In this document: positions 27,804 to 43,292 of the stretch, in pieces
Numbering within the stretch: position 1 is the stretch's first letter
How the letters are laid out: each line of letters starts with the position of its first letter
DNA from: Octopus bimaculoides
Lineage: Eukaryota
Length of the DNA: 64,000 nucleotides
NCBI RefSeq assembly: GCF_001194135.2
Contig: NC_068990.1
Location: forward strand, 82,718,543-82,782,542
Direction: 5' to 3'
Made by a program: the position numbers and the translations under genes
The notes under the pieces: model-generated
The model's input: the letters and a program-made list of their open reading frames with translations, nothing else
Database searches by the model: none
What the model was told of the DNA's origin: nothing

Positions 27804-28265
27804 NNNNNNNNNNNNNNNNNNNNNNNNNNNNNNNNNNNNNNNNNNNNNNNNNNNNNNNNNNNNNNNNNNNNNNNNNNNNNNNNNNNNNNNNNNNNNNNNN
27901 NNNNNNNNNNNNNNNNNNNNNNNNNNNNNNNNNNNNNNNNNNNNNNNNNNNNNNNNNNNNNNNNNNNNNNNNNNNNNNNNNNNNNNNNNNNNNNNNNNNN
28001 NNNNNNNNNNNNNNNNNNNNNNNNNNNNNNNNNNNNNNNNNNNNNNNNNNNNNNNNNNNNNNNNNNNNNNNNNNNNNNNNNNNNNNNNNNNNNNNNNNNN
28101 NNNNNNNNNNNNNNNNNNNNNNNNNNNNNNNNNNNNNNNNNNNNNNNNNNNNNNNNNNNNNNNNNNNNNNNNNNNNNNNNNNNNNNNNNNNNNNNNNNNN
28201 NNNNNNNNNNNNNNNNNNNNNNNNNNNNNNNNNNNNNNNNNNNNNNNNNNNNNNNNNNNNNNNNN

Positions 28266-28309
<44 letters not shown>

Positions 28310-29293
28310 ATGTGTGTGTGTGTGTGTATGTATGTATGTACATGTATATACCCTTCTGCATGCATGTATATGCGCTTTGAGAGAGATGTACATATATGTA
28401 CAATACACACATTCATATAATGTGTGTAGTGTAGTCAATTACACAATTCGCTTCACACTAGTATCCAGGAATTGTAATAGAACGATCTTTAGTATATTTT
28501 ATCTTCGCCTTTTTTGACGCTATAATTGAAAAGATGACGGTATGTCATGTTATCTGTTAGTATATCTTGTATTTCGCAAGTACAATTGAGAAAATGACAG
28601 GACTATGTTTCACATCAGCTTAACACAAAAGATATTTAAGAACATTCAATAGAAACATATTAATTATTTCAACACCGTTATAAAAAAAATAGTATTTCAT
28701 TGTTTTCGTAAGAAATATGGAGAACAATGTCACAGATGAGTCTGGTAATATTGCATGGTCTATCATTATTTCTGCTATCTCTTTTCAGGTCAGCAGAAAA
28801 AATCCAGTTGCATACATATCGGGTGATAGATTACATATATTGACTTTTATCTACAACATCTACAACATAATCCGTTGAAAATCACTAGAATGCAGGCTAT
28901 TACAATGATAACATGGTGCGTTCGTACCAACAGGAAGCCTACATACGTACATACACGTATATTGTTTTATTCTTTTACTTGTTTCAGTTATATGACTGCC
29001 GCACTATATATATATATATATATNNNNNNNNNNNNNNNNNNNNNNNNNNNNNNNNNNNNNNNNNNNNNNNNNNNNNNNNNNNNNNNNNNNNNNNNNNNNN
29101 NNNNNNNNNNNNNNNNNNNNNNNNNNNNNNNNNNNNNNNNNNNNNNNNNNNNNNNNNNNNNNNNNNNNNNNNNNNNNNNNNNNNNNNNNNNNNNNNNNNN
29201 NNNNNNNNNNNNNNNNNNNNNNNNNNNNNNNNNNNNNNNNNNNNNNNNNNNNNNNNNNNNNNNNNNNNNNNNNNNNNNNNNNNNTATATATAT

Positions 29294-29651
29294 ATTCTTT
29301 TATTTGTTTTCAGTCATTTGACTGCGGCCAGAACTTATTCTTTGTAAGTCTAGTACTTCTTCTATCGGTCTCTTATGCAAAACTGCTAAATTACGGGGAC
29401 GTAAAGACACCAGCATCGTTTGTCAAGCGATTTGGGTGGATAAAGACAGACACACAAACACGCACGCACACACAAAGAGACACACACACACATGTTTATA
29501 TACGACGGGCTTCTTTCATTTTCTGTCTACCAAATCCACTCACAGGGCTTTGGTCGGTCCGAGGCTATGGTAGAAGACAGTTGCCACACAGTGGAACTGA
29601 AGCCAGATTCATGTGGTTCGAAATCAAGCTACTAACCGCACAGCCACACCT
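29294..29651 (-). mobile_element. Diverged long-family SINE copy
   Basis: Reverse complement is colinear with 58121-58566, with several deletions. Confidence 0.85.
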
Positions 29652-30588
29652 ATATATATGTCTGTATGAGTTAGAAGTTAAGAAACCATCTAAGGGATAG
29701 TAAATATCCAATATACTACTTGATGTTTAGCTACGTATTTATATCGAGATGCTTACTATTGCAGGGCAATATCGCAATTGAATACTAGGTATTCAATCAG
29801 AAATTTACCCAGGGTTTCTAAGGCAAATAAGAAAATGGAGAAGATAGATAATCGACAAACATCAGCCTGTAACCATTCAATTATATCTATTTATTACACA
29901 GACACAGACACAGACACAGACACACACACACACACACATATATATATATTAGAAATATTACATTTCTAAATCTCTCAGAGAAATTCATACAGTAGCAGCA
30001 CGAGAAAGTGATGGTTTGTTGCCAACTTAACGTTTCAGTCCCAGTAAAGGAAGAATATACATATATATATATGTGTGTGCGTGTGTGTGTGTGTGTGGGG
30101 GGGGGTGTGTATATAAGCCACAAAGATGTATAAGTGTCAATTAATTACGGCCGTTTAGAGCGACTGCTGTAACTGATCAATGAAAGCATTACTTCATTGC
30201 GAAGAAAACCGTTCTCATCAGATGACCGCATAGACCTCAAGATTAAAGGACAAGCTAGATATTTAAGCATATTCATATCATCATTAGGGATCAAGTATTC
30301 ACAATGATTCCGCTGCTAATCGTCTTTTTTTTTTTGCAGAATGTGTGCAAATAAGTTCGTCCTAACAAGGTGCCTCAATTTAAGTACCTAATTCAACTGA
30401 ATCTAAATTAAATTATATATATTTATATACAAAGAATGACAGATAGAATTACATGCTAGATGGATAGGTAGATGGATGCTAGATGTATAGGTAGCGCATA
30501 GAAGATAGTTGGTTTATGTTACTACGTACACACACACACATATATATATATGTGTGTAGATGCATGTCTACTTATATATATATATTCA

Positions 30589-30589
<1 letters not shown>

Positions 30590-30679
<90 letters not shown>

Positions 30680-30700
30680 TGTGTGTATTCGTATGTGAGT
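30590..30700. repeat. (GT)n microsatellite
   Basis: Direct reading. Confidence 0.95.
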
Positions 30701-32022
30701 GTCTATGTGTTTGTGTGACTGAAAATTTGTATGATAAAGCTGGATAAACAGGTGAAATTTAGTGACTGAAAATTTCCGTTTCTGGCTTCCATTTCCTTCA
30801 CTTACTCCACAAGCCCAAGCGCTCCACATGTCACGTGTTTGTGACTGTAACCGGTCTGCATATCTAAATGAATAATGTTTTTATTTATTAAAGTCATAAT
30901 GGCCACGACATTCTACATTGTTTGCTAAATTCCATAGATATCAGAATCTAAACATTTTAATTGTAGATAATGGCACACATTCACACACGCCCGTTCACGC
31001 GCACGCCCACACTCATACACACACTTACCGACACACACCATACAGAAAAGCAATTAATAATACAACATGAGTCGTTTGAAGAATATAGGAAGTTTGTAAC
31101 AAGATTGCTTTTCGAATGACTGCTTTTACGATAAGAACCTGCAACGCCTCTGAAGATAAGTTTGGTTTTTAAACTTTAATATTTTCCGTATATAGCAAAT
31201 TACTGGAAACATTCGAAATATTCAAATTAGTTAGAAACCTGCTGTAGAAAGCCATCTTCCAGCCATCTTCAAAAGGAATTTTCAAAAATAAAATCCTCTA
31301 ACAACATTTTGTGCAATCATATGAAAGCAATAACATTTACAAAATATATACTCAATCATACCCTGTTGTTTAAATACTACACTAATTTGTACAAGAAAAC
31401 ACCAACAAAATATTAAACTCCTTTAACTTAGAAGTGAAGGAGATAGCATTTACTTTCAATATAGCCGATGGAGTTGAAGTTTTACCACAATGGAAATTAT
31501 ATATCACATTTTAGAATCACAAAACTAATTTTCTAAATTACCCATTGATGAAACTCACCAATCCACACGAAGTCAATTAAGCAATTTCAGCAGAAATGTT
31601 AGATACAGTCGTCACCAAACATAAAGAAACTTCTGTTTTAACATTCTGGAACAAGAGTTATAATTCACTACAACTGAAATACCAAACAAGAATGCTAACA
31701 AATCCTGACATAGATATTCCAAAGTTCAGTCACTAAGGTATTACTCCATGCAGCATTAACATTAACCAGAAACTACAACTGAATTATTGAATTGAAAATG
31801 CTTATGTACGGTAAAGAAAAAAAGAAGTGGCATAGTCATAAGATAACGACTTTGGAATTAAGAAAGTTGGTAATTCTTCGTTTCACGCGATTATAGATAC
31901 AAGCGTCTCGGTTGGAATAAATGAGTTAATCTGCTGTGGATAATATATTTAACAAATAGTAATCTTAACATCATAATCAATTATGTGTGCCATGGTTATC
32001 GTGCTTCAATATTACGTAATCT

Positions 32023-32125
32023 AAGGCGGCAAGCTAGCAGAAACGTTGGCACGCCGGGCGAACTGCTTAGCAGTATTTCGTCTGCCTTTACGTTCTGAGT
32101 TCAGATTCCGCCAAGGATTACTTTG
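32023..32125 (+). mobile_element. 5' (tRNA-like head) fragment of the short SINE
   Basis: GGCGGCAAGCTAGCAGAAACGTTGGCACGCCGGGCGAA...GAGTTCAGATTCCGCC matches the head of 26828-27062. Confidence 0.8.
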
Positions 32126-32330
32126 TATAAAAGAAGGTAAGAGGTGTAATGTACACTACAGACATATGTGAACCGATAATTTAACAATACGACAGAAATA
32201 TAGTTTTATTATAAAAATCAGTAACTTCATTTATAAATAAGAACTCAAGTCATCTTCGTTTGATTGTGAACTTGTGTAATATCCTGTCGTGTAGTTCTTC
32301 TTTTTGTCCAAGTCGTTCAAAATGCTTTTC

Positions 32331-32368
<38 letters not shown>

Positions 32369-32415
32369 CATCTATCTATCTATCTATCTACCTATCTTTC
32401 TTTCTCTCTCTCTCT

Positions 32416-32463
<48 letters not shown>

Positions 32464-32905
32464 GCACTGCCCATTACATGGTGAGTGATTGTTTATAGTC
32501 ATTTGTTAAATATCTCGTTTAGACANNNNNNNNNNNNNNNNNNNNNNNNNNNNNNNNNNNNNNNNNNNNNNNNNNNNNNNNNNNNNNNNNNNNNNNNNNN
32601 NNNNNNNNNNNNNNNNNNNNNNNNNNNNNNNNNNNNNNNNNNNNNNNNNNNNNNNNNNNNNNNNNNNNNNNNNNNNNNNNNNNNNNNNNNNNNNNNNNNN
32701 NNNNNNNNNNNNNNNNNNNNNNNNNNNNNNNNNNNNNNNNNNNNNNNNNNNNNNNNNNNNNNNNNNNNNNNNNNNNNNNNNNNNNNNNNNNNNNNNNNNN
32801 NNNNNNNNNNNNNNNNNNNNNNNNNNNNNNNNNNNNNNNNNNNNNNNNNNNNNNNNNNNNNNNNNNNNNNNNNNNNNNNNNNNNNNNNNNNNNNNNNNNN
32901 NNNNN

Positions 32906-32951
<46 letters not shown>

Positions 32952-33548
32952 TATACCGATGCACATACACATATAAGCATATGAATAACTGCTTTTTGTT
33001 TAAAAGCAGGTGGTGAGATTAATTGACACTGAAGCGTTTAAATATTTTATATTTTCTTAGCGTGAAATAACTGAAGGCCATTATTTCCTTTCCCATATGT
33101 CTAATTCGCATAAACATATAATCGTAACAATAACTGTTAAGATTGTAAAATATTCAGCTAGTAAACCTCCTTTGATATATGGCATTCTGTAAATAAAGGA
33201 GTTTGATGTTGCCGCTAACATTTGCACTTCCTGCCGCGCGATAGGTTCATCTTGACAGGCGGAGATCCAGTTTACCTTTGAAGACACATATATCCACCCC
33301 ATATATGTCTCTCAGTGTTTACAGGAGAATACTGGAAAGGTGTGCGACCTATATATATATATATATATATATATACGTACATACATGCATATCCTTATAT
33401 ATACTTTAAGTTCGCCTACGGGAAACGGTTCTGAGTAGGCATATAAAAGCTTATATTTTATTATATCGGCTGCTACATTACGACACCAACTTGCAACATC
33501 AGTTTTATGGTGTTGTACCGAGTTGTGCCGATATAATGTAGGATAACT

Positions 33549-33614
<66 letters not shown>

Positions 33615-34053
33615 TTAATAATCCATGTCTATGAATATATATTTTCATGTATGTATATATCAAAGTATTATGTGTGTGTGTATGTATGTACGCACGTACA
33701 CGTATTCTGTTGGTTAATTTGTCTAATACAATCAGCTAACAGAATTATAGCTCTCTACCTGTCAGTATGTGTTTACTTTTATACCATTTCGTTTCAAAGA
33801 ACCAGACACTGCATAACATTTATATATNNNNNNNNNNNNNNNNNNNNNNNNNNNNNNNNNNNNNNNNNNNNNNNNNNNNNNNNNNNNNNNNNNNNNNNNN
33901 NNNNNNNNNNNNNNNNNNNNNNNNNNNNNNNNNNNNNNNNNNNNNNNNNNNNNNNNNNNNNNNNNNNNNNNNNNNNNNNNNNNNATATATACACATACAT
34001 ATATATAACACAGATACAACAGATCAAAAACAGGATTCAAAGAAATAATGATC

Positions 34054-34120
<67 letters not shown>

Positions 34121-35793
34121 TGATAATAATCTTCGTTTCTATAATAAACTCGCTGACAGTTTAAAAAGTGCGGGGCAAAAATATATACACAACCAATCAT
34201 AGACTAAATGTAAGAGAAAATTAATAGCTGTTTGTTGTATTTAATATATATTATGCAGTTCAACAGTGTGGAAAACATCAAATTTGCGAAAAACTGTCCT
34301 GTCATTTTGAAGTTTATTTGCAATATTTATTTAATGCAATATTTATTAATGACATGAAAAAGTAATTGATGACACTTCCATTTTACTTTTTTTTTTTTTT
34401 CTTGCAGGTTCATGTGAGTTGGTTGCAGCGATGTTCTGAAAGCTTCGGTAGTTTTAATTCACTATGTCAACATCAGTACGTATTTCATTCTTGTACCTAA
34501 ATTATCAATATCTACTTTTTTGAAGTCATTTTTACCTTTGTGCACGTTAAACTTGGAAGGTGAACTTAACGTTTCCGATTTCCGTTAGAGTGTTAAACTG
34601 AAATTATATAGTATGGGCACATGGGAAAATTCTTTTAACAAATGCAGGGTATATCTGTTTTCAATCCTGACTCTGATAGTATTACTGAAAAAGATTATCA
34701 TCATTTGTCACCTATCACTGGGTTAATAAACTCACAAACACAGACATGTGTGCACGCAAATACACACGTAAACACGCATCCACCCCATACAAGCAATTAG
34801 ATATATGTATGTAAGTATATATACATATATATATANNNNNNNNNNNNNNNNNNNNNNNNNNNNNNNNNNNNNNNNNNNNNNNNNNNNNNNNNNNNNNNNN
34901 NNNNNNNNNNNNNNNNNNNNNNNNNNNNNNNNNNNNNNNNNNNNNNNNNNNNNNNNNNNNNNNNNNNNNNNNNNNNNNNNNNNNNNNNNNNNNNNNNNNN
35001 NNNNNNNNNNNNNNNNNNNNNNNNNNNNNNNNNNNNNNNNNNNNNNNNNNNNNNNNNNNNNNNNNNNNNNNNNNNNNNNNNNNNNNNNNNNNNNNNNNNN
35101 NNNNNNNNNNNNNNNNNNNNNNNNNNNNNNNNNNNNNNNNNNNNNNNNNNNNNNNNNNNNNNNNNNNNNNNNNNNNNNNNNNNNNNNNNNNNNNNNNNNN
35201 NNNNNNNNNNNNNNNNNNNNNNNNNNNNNNNNNNNNNNNNNNNNNNNNNNNNNNNNNNNNNNNNNNNNNNNNNNNNNNNNNNNNNNNNNNNNNNNNNNNN
35301 NNNNNNNNNNNNNNNNNNNNNNNNNNNNNNNNNNNNNNNNNNNNNNNNNNNNNNNNNNNNNNNNNNNNNNNNNNNNNNNNNNNNNNNNNNNNNNNNNNNN
35401 NNNNNNNNNNNNNNNNNNNNNNNNNNNNNNNNNNNNNNNNNNNNNNNNNNNNNNNNNNNNNNNNNNNNNNNNNNNNNNNNNNNNNNNNNNNNNNNNNNNN
35501 NNNNNNNNNNNNNNNNNNNNNNNNNNNNNNNNNNNNNNNNNNNNNNNNNNNNNNNNNNNNNNNNNNNNNNNNNNNNNNNNNNNNNNNNNNNNNNNNNNNN
35601 NNNNNNNNNNNNNNNNNNNNNNNNNNNNNNNNNNNNNNNNNNNNNNNNNNNNNNNNNNNNNNNNNNNNNNNNNNNNNNNNNNNNNNNNNNNNNNNNNNNN
35701 NNNNNNNNNNNNNNNNNNNNNNNNNNNNNNNNNNNNNNNNNNNNNNNNNNNNNNNNNNNNNNNNNNNNNNNNNNNNNNNNNNNNNNNNNNNNN

Positions 35794-35860
<67 letters not shown>

Positions 35861-35861
35861 A

Positions 35862-36016
35862 TACGATGGGCTTTTTTCCAGTTTGCGCCTACCAAATCTC
35901 ACAAAACTTTGGCCGGCCCGAGGCTAAAGACGAAGATGGTTGCTCAAAGAACGATGCAGTGGGGTTGTACCCGGAACTGTGTGGTTCGGAAGCAACCTTC
36001 TCACTACATAGCCCAC
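35862..36016 (-). mobile_element. 5' half of a diverged long-family SINE; the rest presumably in the adjacent (GT)n and gap
   Basis: Reverse complement matches 58121-58275. Confidence 0.75.
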
Positions 36017-39000
36017 GCTTGTTTAACTTTAACAAGTAAACTATGTTTGAGACATTAATAATTGCATGGAATTAATTTCGCCGTCATTTGAAACTCGCTC
36101 GCAATTCTCCACCTAAATGAGGGATTTGTAAGTATCTCAACTTTTTCGAACATTCATTTATGGCATATAATTTACTTTTATACTTTGCTATTCTTTTCTG
36201 ATCTAACGAGATTAACATACTTCTGGCTTATGCACCACTTACAATAGGAGCAGATGAGAATGACCCTGTAAGTCTATTCTGTCTGCAAAATAATTTTTAT
36301 TTTTAACATAGCCATTGGTCGATAAATGAAGAACTGTGACTTCAACAAGAACAACGATGAAGTCATAGCATTCCATTACTCTTTATATCATGACACTATG
36401 TCTATCTGCCAGGCCAGATGCTAAGCCAATTACCAAGTCCATTTTCAATGAAATTGATACAGTTACTCCTAATGTTCCTGACTATATTAATCCATAAAGA
36501 AAATGGCCTGTACTTAGCTTATATAATTATCGTTATTCAACTAGGAAGATACCCAATAAAGAAGCAGAGAGAGAGAGAGAGAGGATGAGAGCAGGAGTGA
36601 GAAAGAAAGAATAGAGAAAGTAAGAAAAAGTAGAAAAGATGAATAAAAGGAAAAAATAAACTACAAATATATACATCCTGAGTTAGAAACATACACTTAC
36701 CCATAGGTACATTCTAAAATCGCTTATTTTCACTCTCATCTAAAAAGATTACACGAAGCTCTCTAATAAGGGAGCACACCTGGTTGGCCGAACTGCTAAA
36801 AATAGTACAGAAAAATAATCTTCATCATGCCTCATAGTATAAACTTTACGAAGGAAATGAAAAGAATATGTATTTACTTGATCTTAACACAACAATTTCA
36901 TACAACGAATACGAAGGACTTTTTTCTGCTGTTTTGCTATGAATAATTAGACTATTAAATTCTTTATAAATAGCACCAAGGTGAGTATATAAATTCGATG
37001 CCCATATTAGCTATTCGTACAATAATTTCTTCAAATGACTAATTGTAATCAAACATACGAGAAGAGACACCCCAAATATGTCGTTGTCCCATGTTTCGGA
37101 AGTTCTGCGTAATCAATAAGCGTGGCCTTTTGTCGAATAAGAGAATGAAAAACAGCATAAACACTGATGAACTATTCGCGCAGGGAAGACTCTGCTAATT
37201 TCATAGCTTTGAACATTAGTATCAAAGGTTTTAAAGCAGGATTTTGCATGTCTCTTTTGTTTTTTTTTTCAAAAAGTTAATCAAGGAGTATTAGACTACA
37301 CACACCGCCTTTTGACCAGAATTAGTCATTTTATAAAAAATATTGTATTCAACGCTTATGTCTTAACTCTTGTAAATTTGAAGGTTTTCCGTCCTCACTG
37401 GACTTGTTTTAAAAACATAATTAGTGAATTAGATATTGATCACTCATTCATTAATGGTTTGCTACATCAATACGCTAGCGCACACATTACTTTTATTTAG
37501 TTAACATTTAATTTTAACATCTGAAAATATTTCTGAAAAAAAAAAGAACTAACCTGGATCCAATTCAAGATAGCATCAAAACTAGAGAAAAAACGCTTGG
37601 AAAGGTGATTTGTGCGTGAAAAGGGAATATTTTTGTCTTTTGACGGAAAGAGGCGAAGACATGTGTGACTTGGGGGCCTCAGAGCAGGTGATATGTGTTT
37701 TTTATTTCAGAGGAACAGTCTCCGTTGTAGAAGCGATAGATGAAAGGAAGAGATGAAAGAACTCAATAATTTGTTTTGTGAAAACTCAATTCCTTGTTCT
37801 GCAGTTTTCAATACCCCCATTTTAATATAATACACTTGAGGAGAATAATTAATTACCCACTAAGATGTTTCGAAGGTATTATCATTTAAGATCTTTATTA
37901 CAAATAGCTACTGTATGAAATACGAAACAGTACTGTATTCTTAATACATGCTGTCTTTTTCCTACAAAGATTTTACTTTAATGAGTTTCATCTTTGTTTT
38001 CTGTCGACTGGTAGTGAAATTTGTATTTATGAATTATATTACAGCAGTAAAGCTTGTCGTACCATGAAGGTAAAATCACATATATCTATGTATTGTAGAT
38101 GTTTTTTTTTTTTCGATTAATTTTCTTATGGAGATTAATCCCACATAAATATTAAAACATTTTTCCCTAAATATATATTTCATAAAAGTATCTGGTAAAC
38201 TTTGGTCGATATATATTTGGAAAAATACAAGTGTACGTTAGTTACCCTAGATATTTCTTTCAAGTTTGTTTATCTTTCTATACAACGAATCTTGTCTCAA
38301 GAAACTATTTTGTTTTTCATTTTATTTCATAAACACTTTAATTCGCTTTTTAACGTTTTTATTTTTGTTACATAACTTCTTTGTATTGCCAAAACTATTT
38401 CAAAATTATAAACAAAAAGCCAAAAAAATGCATTAACGTATTAAGAAAAATCATTTATGCCACTTTCAGATCTTTCAATCATTTGCTAGATCTTAAATTG
38501 TCACTTAGTTTTATAATTCAGATTTAATTTTCTCGTCGTCAGTTCCAAATTTGGAGATGATTATTTTACTATTTTTGTATTTGTATAATTTTTATTCACA
38601 ATAAGAATTGAGTTAAAATCAGAAAACTATATTTATAAACAAAACCGTGTGTCTGTTAAAAAGAAAATAACTAATTCAGGTTTGAAAATAAAATCTCTTT
38701 TTAATGAAAATCAAATTACGTTCACGTCGACATTGCTACAAAGATTATAAAGATATTTGTAAACTTAAAAAACAAACACAAGCTGAATTGTTGATTGTCT
38801 ATATGTAAATGAAACTAGTTTATGAATAGATAAACGTTAATTTGAAAAAGTATAACTAACGATATGGTAAAAACCACGATAAAGAGAGGAGTGATTGAGA
38901 AAGAAGGAGAAAGAAAGAAGAAAGAACAGAAAAGTGTGGTCATTTTTAATTCGATGGACATTAACTACAATTGCGTGGGCTTTGGAGAAATCAAGTCTGT

Positions 39001-39325
39001 GTGTGTGTGTGTACCTATTTTTATTATGTATATATGTATGTAGATAGATAGGTAAATACATAGATTGATAGACAGAGAAATAGACATGAATACATACAAA
39101 CGTATGTATGTATTGAGCGTGGCACATATTTATACATACACACACACATACATTCACTCATTCACTCGTTCACTCTCTCTGACACAAGCGCACACAAATA
39201 CACAAACACACACACACCTATATATGTATAATTATGTGTTTCTACGCTAGCACATTTGCTCTTACCAAAGCCAACGCAGCTCTAATACACATCATATTAA
39301 ACAAGTCCACTGTGTCATAACTATA

Positions 39326-39394
<69 letters not shown>

Positions 39395-39499
39395 ATATGT
39401 GCGTGTCTGAGAGTGTGTGCATATATGTATGTGCAAGATAAATGTGAATTTGTTACGTCATACCATCATTGATGTAACCAGTGATTATTTGGCATTTGC

Positions 39500-40340
39500 A
39501 TTTTCAGCATTAGCATTCTTTGCCCAGGCGACCCGGCTGTAAACAAGGTCCAACTTATGTCCCAGCAGTAACTATGCATGGATCAAGCCCCTTAATTCAA
39601 AACCATCAGGTAGCATTCTCAGCAGATTTACTTGCAGATCGAATGACTCTCACCATCCTGAATGTCCAATTCCTTTGTGTAGTTTCCAGAACGTACGCCC
39701 TGCAAATCTTCTACATCAAACCTCTATTAAATCCTAATAATTTCCCCAATTTTTATTCTGGAAATTGACAAGTTCATGGTAATAAGTCCGTTTCTTTTTC
39801 ATTTGTTTTGCCAATACATTCTCCTCAGATGACATTAAATTCCAGCATAATTAGTTCTTTTACTGATTTAGAAGTGAGAAACATGTCTGATTGGATCGAT
39901 GTTGGTAGATTGTGATGTGGGAAAACTACAGTTGTCTCCCCTATTCAACTTATCATTGCCAGTCGAAGTCCGTTGATGTTTTTATTTATGTATGTGCTTT
40001 CCTCCCTGCATCGACAAATTTTATTAATTTCTTTGGAACATGTCAGTGATAACTTGCGCTTATCACAGTTGCTATGCTTTCAGCAATTACCTTAAAAGCT
40101 TGGTCTCTTTCGTCCTCTTTCCGAACAAAATGAAGCCTTTCCTTTCCATAGGCCTTGTTAACCTGGTCTTTTGGAAGTAGTCCCAGTTCGCTTTTAGAAG
40201 TTCCATGATACCTATTAGTTCCTCTTGCTCTGTCACATGTCCTGATTTCTGAGCATCGTGTTCCCAGAATAAACACCCGAGATATCATTATCCTGCATTG
40301 CCTGAACAATGTTCTTGGAGAGAAACTCACTCTTGGGGTG
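39500..40340 (-). mobile_element. Possible highly degraded LINE ORF2 remnant
   Basis: Long mostly open minus-strand frame (KDQVNKAYGKERLHFVRKE...VPKKLIKFV...GKLLGFNRGLM...TQRNWTFRMVRV) loosely resembling CR1-type ORF2. No diagnostic motif is intact. Confidence 0.35.
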
Positions 40341-41752
40341 CAATATTAACCAAAATCGTCCCTTTAACAGCAAAATTGACCGAAACTAACTGATGGACAT
40401 CTTCACCACTTCATCACCTCACCCTCATGACCATCCAATGTTTCTTATACACTAAATAACACTAGATATTACACTAGTGGGACTGGGACTAGAAGTAAAG
40501 CTTACGGGCTTCTTGACCTATCTCTCTTCAGCCATGTAGTTTCAAATTTAACTCTGCTGTTAGTTTACTAGGCTGAGAGATTTCAGATTTATTGGGCTAA
40601 AGCCAGTTTTCTCTCATCTGATCATTGAGATTGTTGAGGCAAAACCAGCTTATTCTACAGGCTGAACACATACACATATACATATACACATGTACATACA
40701 TGAACCTTAGTATTAGCTTTTATTTGCAGTGTACTGTTTGAACTCTGTTGAGACAATTTCTTTTTTTTTTTTAGATTATTATTATTTAGAATAGTTTGTT
40801 TGAAATCCAACAAACAAGGAGTTTCAAATCCTGTGATTGTTTGAAAAACTAGAAAAATTGTCAAAATGATATAAAATGGTTTTAATGCTATTCGCAGAAA
40901 ACATCTGACAGGAATCGCTACAAGAAAGCTTCTGATGTGACACGTAGTCCACATATAAAGATGTACATTACTTACATTGGAAATTTATAAGTAGATAGAT
41001 TCATAGTAGGCTGCGTAATGTGATGCGCTTGTAAATACAGAGTGTTTTTATATGAACGTGTTTTTGTGTATGTATAAGTCTAAGTGTTGGTGTGTGAGAT
41101 TTGGTGATGTGAGAATATCAATTATTTTGCACATTTTTCTGAAGTTATTGAAGTAAGAAAACGAAATTGAATTTTCCCCTTACTTTTATAGGGTCAATGT
41201 AAAGTGCTGAGGACAAATCAGCTTGATGAATAATCGATTTTTAATATCCGAATATACACTACACTGACAGTGATGGAATGCAAACCATGAACTGCCATCC
41301 GGTTTTTCGGAACTGTATTGAGTATATATTCAGTCTCAAATGGTTCTCTAGCTCAAGGTGAATAGGATGAATGACGGAGTTTGATGTACTTTACATAATA
41401 AAATAATGTTGAGAATATAGGAGATTATATACTGCACAAACATACAAAAGTCTCTGAGATAGTATATAGAGCTCTGTGTCGAATGCTTCCATTATGTAAT
41501 TGTTTCAAAATTTAGAACACATCACTAAGATTGATCTTCAAATGTCACCTTCTCATAAAACTTTTGAACTGGTTATTTTCTCTTATTATGGGTCACTCGT
41601 GAGAACATTTTCTTTCCTAATTTGAACTATGCAACTATATATATGTCACTGTATGTAACTTTATTAGGCATTATGACACCATTACTTCGTTTTGAATGTA
41701 ATATCATTTGTTCAACGAATATATTCACAGTTATTGAATCTCTATGGTGCCA

Positions 41753-41793
41753 TTAGACGGAGTTTGCTTTGGTTTCCGAACTAACTGCTGAAC
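41753..41793 (-). CDS. Candidate terminal exon of an unidentified gene
   Basis: Strong acceptor TATGTTTTTATCTTTTCAG. Phase-1 frame gives GSAVSSETKANSV*; phase-0 frame gives VQQLVRKPKQTPSNGTIEIQ*. AATAAA on the minus strand at 41660-41665. Confidence 0.22.
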
Positions 41794-43205
41794 CTGAAAA
41801 GATAAAAACATAACGATATGAAATATCTAATGTGGTTTCATGTATACATTAGTGTAAAAGTGTAAACGGAGTTAGTGATAATCTAAGGCGTTGATAAACT
41901 AGGCGCTTACGCGATTAGAGTAGATCTGTTGAAATTAAAATTTTGGTATCTCAGACGCAATGAATACCAAACATCTCAGGTAGAGATTATTGTAAAGAAA
42001 TATTCAGTTTCTCAAACCAACATACCAACACAACATCGCATTTAGTAGAGGTTATGATTCGATGTTGCTCTTCAATGATTAATTTTTTCTTACTTTTACC
42101 TACAACTGCTTTCCTCGTTTTTAATAATTGTATTCGGTCAGATTGAGGAATTCCATTATTATGGTTCTGCTGTTCATGTTGTAGTTCTGCTGCTGTTGTT
42201 GTTATTATTGCTGTTTTTATTGTCATCGTCGTCTTCGATGTTTCTGTCGTTGTTGTTCTTGTTCTTCTTCTTTTTCTTCTTCTTAGTGTACTTTAAGTCC
42301 ACTCTGAGTGAGAAAACACATGACCAAAGTCAGATAATAGCTTTTCTAAATAATGACGAGTATATACGTACACAGATAATCTTCATAGAAAACCTGCTAC
42401 TATACGTTACCACACCACCACCACCGACAATTAATTTGAAGATGGCTTCCAGAATATGTAGTTTGAGGTATGTCAACAAAAAATTAGTATTTTAACTGAA
42501 ATACTAGAAACAAGGTTGAATGCATTTATGTTTATTAAAAAACAGAACAACCGCATTCTCCATAGATTTGATATAAAAACAAACATAACTGCTGTATCGT
42601 CTCAGACGTGCTAATAATGGGTCATCGTTTTAGAGCATATTTGAACATTCTTGTGAGTTATTCAATGTTTATCACTAAATTAAAATTTGACCATGAAGAG
42701 AAGCTTTACATGTTATTAAATTCTATAATAAAATTATTCTTTGCAGACACTAACGATTTAATTCAGCATAGGTGACACGTATTTATTTAAATTAAATATA
42801 TACACAACTCTGTGTATTGGCTTGAATATAATATTAAAACATTGAACTCTTTCTATGTCCATCGCTGCTGTTTCCATCACTGTCACAGTGGTCGGTGTTT
42901 AATTTTGCTTTTTAATTTGTTTCTTCAAACTCATTCATGACTCACTTGTGTAGTTTCCATATAGAATTATATGTACGGTGGTGTGTAACGCTTGCAATCC
43001 TATACAGACAGCAAGACCTTTGAAGTGTCCTTCAACTCAGTTTATTTATGAAATAAAAATATTGTCAGAATAAAAAAGAAAAAAAAAGAAACAATTAATA
43101 TAAAATGAACGAAAACTAGAAACCTCCATAGCAACAGAAAGTGGAAGAAAATGAATATAAACTTGTTTATACAACATATATACGATGCATATACATATAT
43201 GTATA

Positions 43206-43248
<43 letters not shown>

Positions 43249-43256
43249 TTATACAC

Positions 43257-43292
<36 letters not shown>

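Noticed and set aside
31400-31830. Plus-strand frame with few stops (possible old LINE)
   Set aside because: No recognisable motif; cannot be assigned.
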